A stretch of 64,000 bases of DNA from an uncultured Candidatus Woesearchaeota archaeon (GTDB lineage Archaea; Nanobdellota; Nanobdellia; Woesearchaeales; UBA525). A model generated the notes under the pieces. The model was not told the origin of the DNA and did no database searches. It was given only the letters and a program-made list of their open reading frames with translations. Made by a program: the position numbers and the translations under genes. Below, piece by piece: positions 48,924-57,053 of this stretch (positions within the stretch are counted from its first letter, which is position 1; each line of letters opens with the position of its first letter). Where the stretch lies: NCBI GenBank assembly GCA_963724455.1, contig CAVRUV010000042.1:2468-66467 (forward strand), written 5' to 3'.

Positions 48924-49029
48924 ATGAAGAAGTGGGAGGACGGTAGTGGGGATGGTGGGTGGGAAAGAATACGGCATGACACAGGAAATTAGCAAAAACT
49001 ATATAAGTAAGAAAATTCTTACTAATGAT

Positions 49030-49368
49030 ATGAACATAACTACAATCACAATATCTTCAAAAGGTCAAATTGCAATCCCCCAGCAAATCAGGAATGCTGC
49101 AAATATCAAGGAAGGCGATACACTATTACTAGTAGAACAAAATGGCAAAATTCTACTACAACATACCGAAATTATTACGGATTTTGCAAAAGAAGACATA
49201 AAAGCAATGAGCAAATTGCAAGAAGCATCACTACGTAAAATCTGGGATAATGATCAAGATGAAAAATGGAGCAAAGTACTTGCAAGGAGATATAGTACTA
49301 ATAAATTACCCGTACACAAACCTTCAAGAGCAAAAAGCAAGACCGGCAATAATAATCTCAAACAATAA
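49030..49368 (+). CDS. AbrB/SpoVT (MazE-like) antitoxin candidate
   Basis: MNITTITISSKGQIAIPQQIRNAANIKEGDTLLLVEQNGKILLQ. The ATG at 49030 is preferred to the track GTG at 48946. The 3' end overlaps the toxin ORF by 119 nt. Confidence 0.6.
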   Translation: MNITTITISSKGQIAIPQQIRNAANIKEGDTLLLVEQNGKILLQHTEIITDFAKEDIKAMSKLQEASLRKIWDNDQDEKWSKVLARRYSTNKLPVHKPSRAKSKTGNNNLKQ

Positions 49369-49597
49369 CTTCAATAGAACATTTGATTGCATCCTAGTTC
49401 CATTAACAACGCAATTACATCACGTTGGCATCTTACTAAATGAACACGACATTCTAGAAGGAGAATTATTTAGAGAAAGCAAAATACTCACAAGGAAAAT
49501 ATTCACATTAGAACAAGATCTCATAATCTGTCGCTTTGCACACCTACACACAACTAAGATACAAGAAATAATAGTTGCGGTGGAGGATAACTTCTGA
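49250..49597 (+). CDS. PemK/MazF-family toxin candidate
   Basis: GDIVLINYPYTNLQEQKARPAIIISNNNFN...CILVPLTTQL...ILTRKIFTLEQ matches the MazF/PemK SH3-like pattern. Confidence 0.7.
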   Translation: MIKMKNGAKYLQGDIVLINYPYTNLQEQKARPAIIISNNNFNRTFDCILVPLTTQLHHVGILLNEHDILEGELFRESKILTRKIFTLEQDLIICRFAHLHTTKIQEIIVAVEDNF

Positions 49598-49611
49598 AAA
49601 GAGTTAAGAAA

Positions 49612-49797
49612 CGCCACCTTGGAGCAACCCTAGATTTTATGTCGATTCGTTGGAACTCATAGATTTCCAACGGACAGAGAAGCTATGCTTCGTCCGTCCA
49701 TGCAGACATAAAATCCTAAAACCTTCGAGGGATTCGGTTTGAAAAAGCGAATCCGCAGGAACGAAGTGACGAGGACGAGAAGCAATTCTCCGTGGCG
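49612..49797 (+). repeat. structured intergenic element, copy D (long form with a 51-nt insertion in the conserved loop)
   Basis: CGCCAC-CTT-GGAG ... [GATTTTATGTC]-GATTC(51 nt)ATGCA-[GACATAAAATC] ... GGGATTCGG..GCGAATCC hairpin ... CTCC-GTGGCG. It starts 15 nt after the toxin stop. Confidence 0.7.
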
Positions 49798-49872
49798 ATA
49801 AAAATAAATGAGTAATATTAGTAAATCACTAATTCTCTGAGAAGTAAACAATAATTTTTTGCAGCAAACTCA

Positions 49873-50298
49873 TCATTCTTCTACGCGCACAGTCACATAT
49901 GCCAAATCAATATTCGGCATGTTTTCAAAGCGAATAGGAAATGGTTCGGTAGAATTAATGCGCCGCTTGAACTCTGCATCAAACAACTTAACTTGTTCAT
50001 CGAGATTCAATTTAGTTATATCCCCTAAAGCAGAATGCGAATCAAGAGGCATGCCAATATACGCGCCATACGCATTAGGACCAAACCCGCTTGCAACTAT
50101 TCCGAATTGTTCCGGCATTGAAAAACCAGGATACAATAAGAATGTGCTATCTTTGAATTGCCCATAAAGAGGAACACCCGCATCAGAGTCGCATAACTGC
50201 ATAAACTCTTGCTCATCAAGCGTCAACTGAAAATGCTTACGTTCCTTCAATATACCAAGGGAGTACTTCATAACAACAGGGAATGCCCAATCATTCAA
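49873..50298 (-). CDS. hypothetical protein
   Basis: 141-aa ORF with no motif recognised. Confidence 0.45.
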   Translation of the reverse strand: MNDWAFPVVMKYSLGILKERKHFQLTLDEQEFMQLCDSDAGVPLYGQFKDSTFLLYPGFSMPEQFGIVASGFGPNAYGAYIGMPLDSHSALGDITKLNLDEQVKLFDAEFKRRINSTEPFPIRFENMPNIDLAYVTVRVEE

Positions 50299-50529
50299 AA
50301 AGATTTGTGAAAGACAAATTAATACCCAAAACCTTTATAAACCATCTGCGGATTCTTTGTATTAACCCGTTTTACCAGCAGGTGTGGAGTATCTAAACAC
50401 ATCAGCACAGTCAGAAGTATCTCTACTATTTTGGGTAACATATCAACGATTCGTTCGTCGATAAAATCATATTCAACATGCATAACTAATGCATAAACAC
50501 AAAAAAACTAAACACTCAGAGGAAACAAT

Positions 50530-51348
50530 ATGGCTGAAAAGAAAAAACAATACGGCGCAAAAATAAAGAAGAAGCATTGGGCACCAATTCTAGCCCCTAA
50601 AGTGTTCGATCACGCTATTATCGGTGAAGCACACGTACTAGAGAACGAAGAACTCCTAAAAAAGAGCATCTCCGTTAACTTAATGACACTTACAGACGAC
50701 CCTAGAAAGCAGGGTTTCTCCATTCGTTTTGATGTAAAAGAGATCAAAGACGGCAAGGCATACACCCAGATTGTTGGTTTGCAAATGACACCATCAGCTA
50801 TCAAGCGCCTCATGAGAAGAGGTAGAGATAAGGTCGATGACAGTTTCACATTGAAAATCGCAGGCGGAAGAATGGCAAGAGTTAAACCAGTTCTTGTAAC
50901 AAACACCAAATGCTCCAGAGCAACACAAACTGAGATTAGACTTGCTACAAGAAAGCGCCTTCGCGACTACTTTGCAAGAATGAGATTCGAAGATATCATC
51001 AAGGAAATCGTTGACATAAAGATACAGCGCATGCTTAAGGATATCGCAGGCAAGACCCATCCAGTCAGAAGCGCAGACATAAGAGAATTCTTAGTCTTAC
51101 CAAATGACAGAAAGGTCTCTATAGAAATGGAAGAGCTTATCGAAAAGGAAGTTGCTGAAGAAGAAGCACGCCGTGCTCAATTAGCAAATGCAGCTGCAGC
51201 AGCAGGTGTTGGCGAAGAATCCGTTGCTTTAGCAGCAGCAAAGAGCAGAAAGCCAAAGAAGAAACAGCTTGCACCGCAAGAGATGGAAGATGTTTCAGAA
51301 GCTGGCGAGTCCAAGAAAGAAGAAGGCCCTGAAGAACCAGGAGTATAA
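50530..51348 (+). CDS. rps3ae: 30S ribosomal protein S3Ae (eS1) with an acidic/Ala-rich C-terminal extension
   Basis: KKKHWAPILAPKVFD...GEAHV... and the following S3Ae-like core. About 70 extra C-terminal residues (EEEARRAQLANAAAAAGVGEE...). Confidence 0.85.
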   Translation: MAEKKKQYGAKIKKKHWAPILAPKVFDHAIIGEAHVLENEELLKKSISVNLMTLTDDPRKQGFSIRFDVKEIKDGKAYTQIVGLQMTPSAIKRLMRRGRDKVDDSFTLKIAGGRMARVKPVLVTNTKCSRATQTEIRLATRKRLRDYFARMRFEDIIKEIVDIKIQRMLKDIAGKTHPVRSADIREFLVLPNDRKVSIEMEELIEKEVAEEEARRAQLANAAAAAGVGEESVALAAAKSRKPKKKQLAPQEMEDVSEAGESKKEEGPEEPGV

Positions 51349-51365
51349 GCCAAACTTAGCGTCAA

Positions 51366-51501
51366 GGTTGCCTTGGAGTAAAACCAGAAAATGTGTCGAT
51401 TTATGCAGACGCATTTTCGTAAAACCTTCGAGGGATTCGGTTCGTAGAAGCGAATCCGCAGGAACGATAGTGACGAGGACGAGAAGTAATTCTCCGCAAC
51501 C
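51366..51501 (+). repeat. structured intergenic element, copy C (long form)
   Basis: GGTTGC-CTT-GGAG ... CCA-[GAAAATGTGTC]-GATTTATGCA-[GACGCATTTTC]-GTAA ... GGGATTCGG..GCGAATCC ... CTCC-GCAACC. It starts 18 nt after the rps3ae stop. Confidence 0.7.
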
Positions 51502-51539
51502 AAGCTAAATAAACAATTTCTTTTTTTATTATTTTTTAT

Positions 51540-51953
51540 TTATTTCTCTAAAAATTGTATCTTGTATACAACACTTGTTTTTGGTGCAACACCTTTATTC
51601 TTATTCATGCTTCTATAAACCGTGCGCGTACTTGCAACATCTTGTTTTTCAAGCTCGAAATATCTCTTGAATTCTAATTGTGGAACAGTCAGTTCTTGTG
51701 CATCTTCTATTCGATATAACCCCGCCGGTGTAAAGAAGTGCGTTGGTACACCTGCTAAAAATTCTAAATAAAATTCTCCATTTGATTTGTATCGCGACTC
51801 TAGGACGCAATTAGTTGCCTTGCAAGTTCTAAGAATAGTATCTATTGTCTGCCTAATGAGACTTTGCGTAGTAAGACCATTATGCGAACCAACACTCATC
51901 AAACCACCAGCCATCAAACCACCACCTATAATAGCAATATTATATTCATTCAC
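51540..51953 (-). CDS. hypothetical protein
   Basis: 137-aa ORF with a Gly-rich N-terminus (IAIIGGGLMAGGLM). No confident family. Confidence 0.4.
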   Translation of the reverse strand: MNEYNIAIIGGGLMAGGLMSVGSHNGLTTQSLIRQTIDTILRTCKATNCVLESRYKSNGEFYLEFLAGVPTHFFTPAGLYRIEDAQELTVPQLEFKRYFELEKQDVASTRTVYRSMNKNKGVAPKTSVVYKIQFLEK

Positions 51954-52219
51954 ACTTAAAGATTTTCTAAAATTTTGCTGTTTTCTAGATTAAAGCAACA
52001 AAACTTGAATAACTAAGATTAGAGTGAGAGTATTACTTATTAATAGGATTCTAGCGCAACTATAACTTAAGAGCACTTCATTTTTTTATTAAATATCTAC
52101 ACTCTTGTCATAATAGATGTAAATCCTACTACGTTTCTGGGAACAACCGACGACCACTTAATTTATGCATAAACCATATTTCTGCGAAACCTTTAAAAGG
52201 AATCATTCCGACGAGAAGG

Positions 52220-53533
52220 TTGGTGAGGCCTTTGGCTATTGTACTCGATTGGCAAAAAAAACTCGGATATACAACAGACCCTTTCTCTGAACAGATTGAA
52301 AAACCTATAAAAAAATGGATTCTCGGACTCGATCTCGAGCAAGAACGCCTCAATCTTTTCCTCATAAAAGACGAACGTTTCGGCACCATCTCAGCCGAAT
52401 CCGGCATGGGAAAAACAACACTGCTTACCTGGCTTGAGCAAGAGCTCGGCCCTCAAAAAAGCCACACACAACAACTAGTTGATGCAAAACAAATAGACCA
52501 TCAAGGATTCGTACAAATGGTTCTTGCAAAAAGACTCTCTTTTATTGAACGAAAATTCGGCAAGATAAACAAAGCAACGCTTGCTGAACAAGAAAATGAA
52601 CTACTACGAAGACTTGCTAAAGAGCAACACAATGTTTTACTTATAGATAATGCCGCAAGCCTAACAAAAGAAACACTCGCATTCATCAAAATAATACTCG
52701 ACAAAACACCAAGCGATGTAATCTTTGCCGATACTGCTGAACAACTAAAAAAGATAACGCTTCCTGCAAAAGATACACTAAAGATGCAAATCGAACCATA
52801 TACTCAACAAGTATTGCAGGAACTATTGCATAAAAGACTCGAGAATGCAGATGCTAGAGATAATCATCCATTCTCAGAACAAGATATAGAAGCACTTACT
52901 AAAAAATCATCAGGTAATCCTGTAAAACTTTTACGCGTTGCAAAAGAAAAAGCAATAGAACTTAGCTTACATGCAGGAATTGCTCCAGGAAAAATGTTTG
53001 CAATACACGTGCATAAGGGCCCAAAGCCTGAAACAGAAAAACACGCCTTAGAAATTGAACAAGAAACAAAAGAAAAGAGCAAAGAGAATAAAGAAGAAAA
53101 AAATAAAAATGACAAAGAAGAAAAGAAGAACGAAAAGAAAAAAACTGAAGAAAATCCTACTAATACAACAACTGCACAAACTGCTCAAGAGACATTTAAT
53201 CCAATAGTTCCAAATGACCAAGCAGATCTTGGAGCACTAGCCTTAGCAGTCGGCATGGAGCATCATGAAGAAAAAAGAATCAAAAATCCTAAACCCATTC
53301 CTCCGCCAGATATTCCCCAAAAGAATATGATGGTAGAACGACCTAAAACTTCTAACACTCACAAACATGCTAGCAAGCACGATAAGATTGTAGAACAACT
53401 AGCAAATACATTCACAAAAGTTCGCACTGAAAAAAAAGCAAAGAAAACTGGGAAAAAACCTGCAAAAAAGAGTGTGAAACCAACAGTAATAAAAAAGAGC
53501 AAACAAAAAAAAGCTCCTAAAACAAAAAAATAG
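52220..53533 (+). CDS. ExeA/GspA-like AAA ATPase with a long Lys-rich C-terminal tail
   Basis: LGYTTDPFSEQ opening, Walker A SAESGMGKTTLL and Walker B-like VLLIDNAASL. The C-terminal 150 aa are K/E/P low complexity. TTG or GTG start, so the exact start is uncertain. Confidence 0.6.
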   Translation: MVRPLAIVLDWQKKLGYTTDPFSEQIEKPIKKWILGLDLEQERLNLFLIKDERFGTISAESGMGKTTLLTWLEQELGPQKSHTQQLVDAKQIDHQGFVQMVLAKRLSFIERKFGKINKATLAEQENELLRRLAKEQHNVLLIDNAASLTKETLAFIKIILDKTPSDVIFADTAEQLKKITLPAKDTLKMQIEPYTQQVLQELLHKRLENADARDNHPFSEQDIEALTKKSSGNPVKLLRVAKEKAIELSLHAGIAPGKMFAIHVHKGPKPETEKHALEIEQETKEKSKENKEEKNKNDKEEKKNEKKKTEENPTNTTTAQTAQETFNPIVPNDQADLGALALAVGMEHHEEKRIKNPKPIPPPDIPQKNMMVERPKTSNTHKHASKHDKIVEQLANTFTKVRTEKKAKKTGKKPAKKSVKPTVIKKSKQKKAPKTKK

Positions 53534-53562
53534 AAAATAAATGAAGAAATAACAGGTGACAT

Positions 53563-54390
53563 ATGGATGAAACACACATCGACATCACAATAAAACGAAT
53601 TTATCTTGAGAGATTATTCTACTGGATTATCATCATAGTCCTAGCAGTGCTTCTAACTCTTGCATGGATGAAAGACGGTTCGAGTGGTGCAAAAACAGCG
53701 ACAACAAATACCACAACACAAGTAACTGCACCACCAGTAGCACAACCGGCTGCACCCGTTGTAGCAAAACCTACTCAAGCGGCAGGAACATGTACTGATC
53801 TTAACAAAAACCAAGATGAGACCGATATCGATTGCGGTGGAAAAACCTGCGGCGTAAAATGCTCATTAGGTAAATCATGTACTGCAAGCGCTGATTGCAC
53901 AAGCGGAATTTGTGTTAATAGCACTTGCGCAGCAACTGCACCAGTAGTCCTTACTGGAAAGATGGCAATCAATATACTTGATGTAACAACACAAAAGTCT
54001 CCAACAAGCGATAATCTGAAAGTTACTGGAATAAAATACAGAATAACAAACGGACTCGCTGAAGACTATGATGCATTTAGAGTCAGAGTATACCTCCAAA
54101 GCACAACATCAATGTGCTTACTGCAAAAAACTGATGCTGCAGGATTATGCGACACACCATATGCTGATTTTAAAGCAACTGGTGTAAAAAGCGGAAAGAA
54201 TGCAACAGTGACAGTGTCATTTGCTGACTTTATGAGCACAAAATACTTGTATGCTGAATCAAGCCTAGGATATGACCCTGCGAGTTCCTCCAAAAACAAA
54301 TTCCGCGTTGTAGCATACTTAACGGATGAAACATACGGAAAGATTGGTGGAAAAGATATTACTGATGAATTTTTAGTAATACCTAAATAA
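53563..54390 (+). CDS. membrane-anchored extracellular protein with a Cys-rich DCGG module
   Basis: TM segment WIIIIVLAVLLTLAW, an Ala/Pro/Thr linker, CTDLNKNQDETDIDCGGKTCGVKCSLGKSCTASADCTSGICVNSTC, then a beta-rich domain. Confidence 0.6.
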   Translation: MDETHIDITIKRIYLERLFYWIIIIVLAVLLTLAWMKDGSSGAKTATTNTTTQVTAPPVAQPAAPVVAKPTQAAGTCTDLNKNQDETDIDCGGKTCGVKCSLGKSCTASADCTSGICVNSTCAATAPVVLTGKMAINILDVTTQKSPTSDNLKVTGIKYRITNGLAEDYDAFRVRVYLQSTTSMCLLQKTDAAGLCDTPYADFKATGVKSGKNATVTVSFADFMSTKYLYAESSLGYDPASSSKNKFRVVAYLTDETYGKIGGKDITDEFLVIPK

Positions 54391-54554
54391 GCAATCGCTA
54401 AGGGATTGATTTTTTCTTTTTTTAATACTTTTTTTCTATTATTTATTTTTATTATTTTCACTTATTTTTTAGTTTCAATCATTATTATTTTATCCTGCCT
54501 TTTCCAACCAAGGCATGCAGTTATCAGTTAATTATCAGTTATCGGGGTGAATAT

Positions 54555-55067
54555 ATGAATAAATTACTAGTTATTTCAGCAATGATGCTCATCTTTGTAA
54601 GCAGCGCTCTAGCATTCGGAATATTAGTGGGCCCATTTGAAAGCCATGAACAAATGCTTCCGATACAGCGCGATCCTGCATTCTACAATACACTCGGCTA
54701 CAAGTTATCCCAGGAAGGAAAGAATAGCGAAGCACAGATTGCATTTGCTCACGCCGTTGAATTAAATCCAGAATATACAAATGCAAGAAGCAATCTTGCA
54801 ACAATTGCATTTGCAAATAAAGATTACACCACTGGAATTGAGAACCTACGTTATCTTGTAGCACACGATTCAACTAATAACAACTATAAGTTTGATCTTG
54901 CACAAAACCTTGTTTCACAAGCAAGATATGTAGATTATGACGTTGCAAAGCTGGTTGAAGCAGCTACAATTCTTGAAAGCTTAGGTAATTATCCTCATGC
55001 TAGCGAGAATGCGGCAATTGTAAGAACTGTGCTTGCAGAAGTTGCAGCAGCGCAAGCAGGACAATAA
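54555..55067 (+). CDS. secreted TPR-repeat protein
   Basis: Signal peptide LLVISAMMLIFVSSALA. TPR-like AQIAFAHAVELNPEYTNARSNLATIAFANKDY. Confidence 0.6.
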   Translation: MNKLLVISAMMLIFVSSALAFGILVGPFESHEQMLPIQRDPAFYNTLGYKLSQEGKNSEAQIAFAHAVELNPEYTNARSNLATIAFANKDYTTGIENLRYLVAHDSTNNNYKFDLAQNLVSQARYVDYDVAKLVEAATILESLGNYPHASENAAIVRTVLAEVAAAQAGQ

Positions 55068-55127
55068 ATAGATTAAACAGATAATAGATTAAAAAATTGA
55101 TTCTTTTTTTATTTTTCCATTTATTAT

Positions 55128-55823
55128 TTATTTTTCTTCAACAATAAATAATTCAGGATGATAATGCTGCAAGTATTTCTTTGCTGCTCCTGGAAAAAAA
55201 GAGATATCGACATCTTGATTGTGTAATTGTAATAATTTGTAATTAGAGACTTTTTGTTCAATGCCTTGTATCATACCTACAGAGTAAAATCCTCTAGGGT
55301 GCAAACAAGTTTGTGAAAACAGATCATTTATTGCAGATTCATAACGAAGAATCTCTTTACGTGTTGCTTTTCCAAGTTCAATATTACGTACAATTCTAGA
55401 TATAGAAAGCCACTCTCTCATATTGCCAGGGGGTGCTAGAACAGTTTGCACAGTATCTTGACCATTATGAAGCTGTACCTTCACGACTAATTCTACCAAT
55501 AAATCATCGAGTATCATATCATAACCTAGTTTAGAGTATATTCAGCTTCTCCAAGGAGCGTGCCCAAATGCAATCAACATATCAAAACCAAGATGGCGCA
55601 CGTGCAATGGCGCATCACATGCTCCAAAACAAGAGTCAGCCCAAAATACAAATTTAGTCTCAGGGCACTCTGCTAGCATAATCTCGTGTATTTTATCGCC
55701 AAATGGTTTAAGACCATCAGGAAGCTGGATAAGAACAAGCTTTGCATTCTGCTCTTTTACTTGAGCTATTGCATCATCTAGTTGCAAATCATAATTCTCG
55801 TTCTCAATACGTCTCATTTGCAA
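55128..55823 (-). pseudogene. dph2: dph2-like reading frame interrupted by a single in-frame TGA (N-terminal 93 aa are Dph2-like)
   Basis: 55542..55823 encodes AKLVLIQLPDGLKPFGDKIHE...WADSCFGACDAPL...DMLIAFGHAPW, the Dph2 N-terminal pattern. By hand translation, ORF 55128..55517 is in the same frame, separated by TGA plus 8 sense codons (*IYSKLGYD). The combined length of 231 aa is shorter than typical Dph2, and the distal part is not recognisably Dph2. Confidence 0.45.
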
Positions 55824-56030
55824 GTAGAAGTTGATTTGATTTAAAAAACTGTTCCTGAGTTTATAAGAGGCCTAATAACCAAATAAGATATCTATACACG
55901 ACTAAGAATATACCGCTAAGAGCATCTATATACGACTAAGAGGTAATTTCTACAACCATCTCGTAAAATATACAACTATCTAGTAGTTAAAATGTAAAGG
56001 TTTATAATTTCATAACACTTTCATTGCTGT

Positions 56031-56972
56031 ATGCAAGATACTATCCTAAGTATGTACACAGATATGCACCTAGAAGAGATACTTATAGATGGATGCAGAC
56101 TTGCAGCAACAAAAATGAATGAGATGCGATTTGGAAAAGATGCATCGGCATATGAAGTAACTAGAAAATTTGGTCAAGACCCTGCAACAGAAAAAGAAGC
56201 AAGAAACATATTGACGACAGCCGATCCTGCAACAGAAGAAGTACTGCGAGCACACTTTGCAAAAGAATTACCAGGATATAATTTTGTAGGCGAAGAAACA
56301 GGCAATGAAACACAAAATACTTCTAGAGTAATCCATGTAGATCCAATTGATAACACCAAAGGATTCGTAGATGGAAACCCTGCATACGGCAGCATCATAG
56401 GCATCTTCCATGACGGCAAAAACATTGCATCAGCTGAATCAAATGCAGCCACAGGAACAATTTATGTTGCAACAAAAAGCGGCGGATTTAGAAGAATAGG
56501 CAAAAAAGAATCTGTAGAAAAAAACAGCATTCGTATATCAGGACTAGATGGTTTCAAATATGTTTTTACAAAAAAAGAAGCGGCTAAACTAGAAGAAGAT
56601 ATTTTATCTGCTCTGCAAAAAGAATTTCCAGATTCAGAGTATCCTAGAGCACCATCGCACGTTCTCAACAAATGCTTTGTACACAATAAAGATTATGCAG
56701 TTGTTTGCAATCTAGGCTGGGCACGACACGACCTTGCAGCAACACCATTATTTTCAGAACTAACAGGATCATTATTTACAGATCACAACGGTGCATCGAT
56801 GCAACATGTTGATTTTGAAAAGGAATTCAGAAAATACGCGACAAAAAAAGATATCGTCATATACTCTGTACCAACAGTAATTGCTCGCGATAAAGAAATG
56901 CATGAAAAAATGCTGCGAGTTCTTGCACCATTCAAACGTGAATTAGACATTCTACAAAACCCAAACTACTGA
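56031..56972 (+). CDS. inositol monophosphatase/FBPase family protein
   Basis: FVGEETG and HVDPIDNTKGF metal-binding motifs, and a distal HDLAA. Confidence 0.7.
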   Translation: MQDTILSMYTDMHLEEILIDGCRLAATKMNEMRFGKDASAYEVTRKFGQDPATEKEARNILTTADPATEEVLRAHFAKELPGYNFVGEETGNETQNTSRVIHVDPIDNTKGFVDGNPAYGSIIGIFHDGKNIASAESNAATGTIYVATKSGGFRRIGKKESVEKNSIRISGLDGFKYVFTKKEAAKLEEDILSALQKEFPDSEYPRAPSHVLNKCFVHNKDYAVVCNLGWARHDLAATPLFSELTGSLFTDHNGASMQHVDFEKEFRKYATKKDIVIYSVPTVIARDKEMHEKMLRVLAPFKRELDILQNPNY

Positions 56973-57053
56973 ATAAAAATTTTGGAATTCCTCCAAAATC
57001 AAGCAAAGTATACAAGATAGGATTTATAGAACAATAATATATAAATAAACTTC

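Noticed and set aside
49657-49851. Minus-strand ORFs 49657..49851 and 51177..51503 share a peptide (FLRIRF[FY][KE]PNPSKVL), which could look like a conserved small protein family.
   Set aside because: The shared peptide is simply the antisense translation of the conserved part of structured elements D and C. The similarity stops at the element borders. The second ORF also runs antisense into rps3ae.
55542-55544. The in-frame TGA in dph2 considered as genetic-code reassignment or selenocysteine.
   Set aside because: TGA terminates several well-supported genes in the window (arsR, the dph6-like gene, the proximal RHH gene). No SECIS-like context was recognised, and the position is not a catalytic Cys site.
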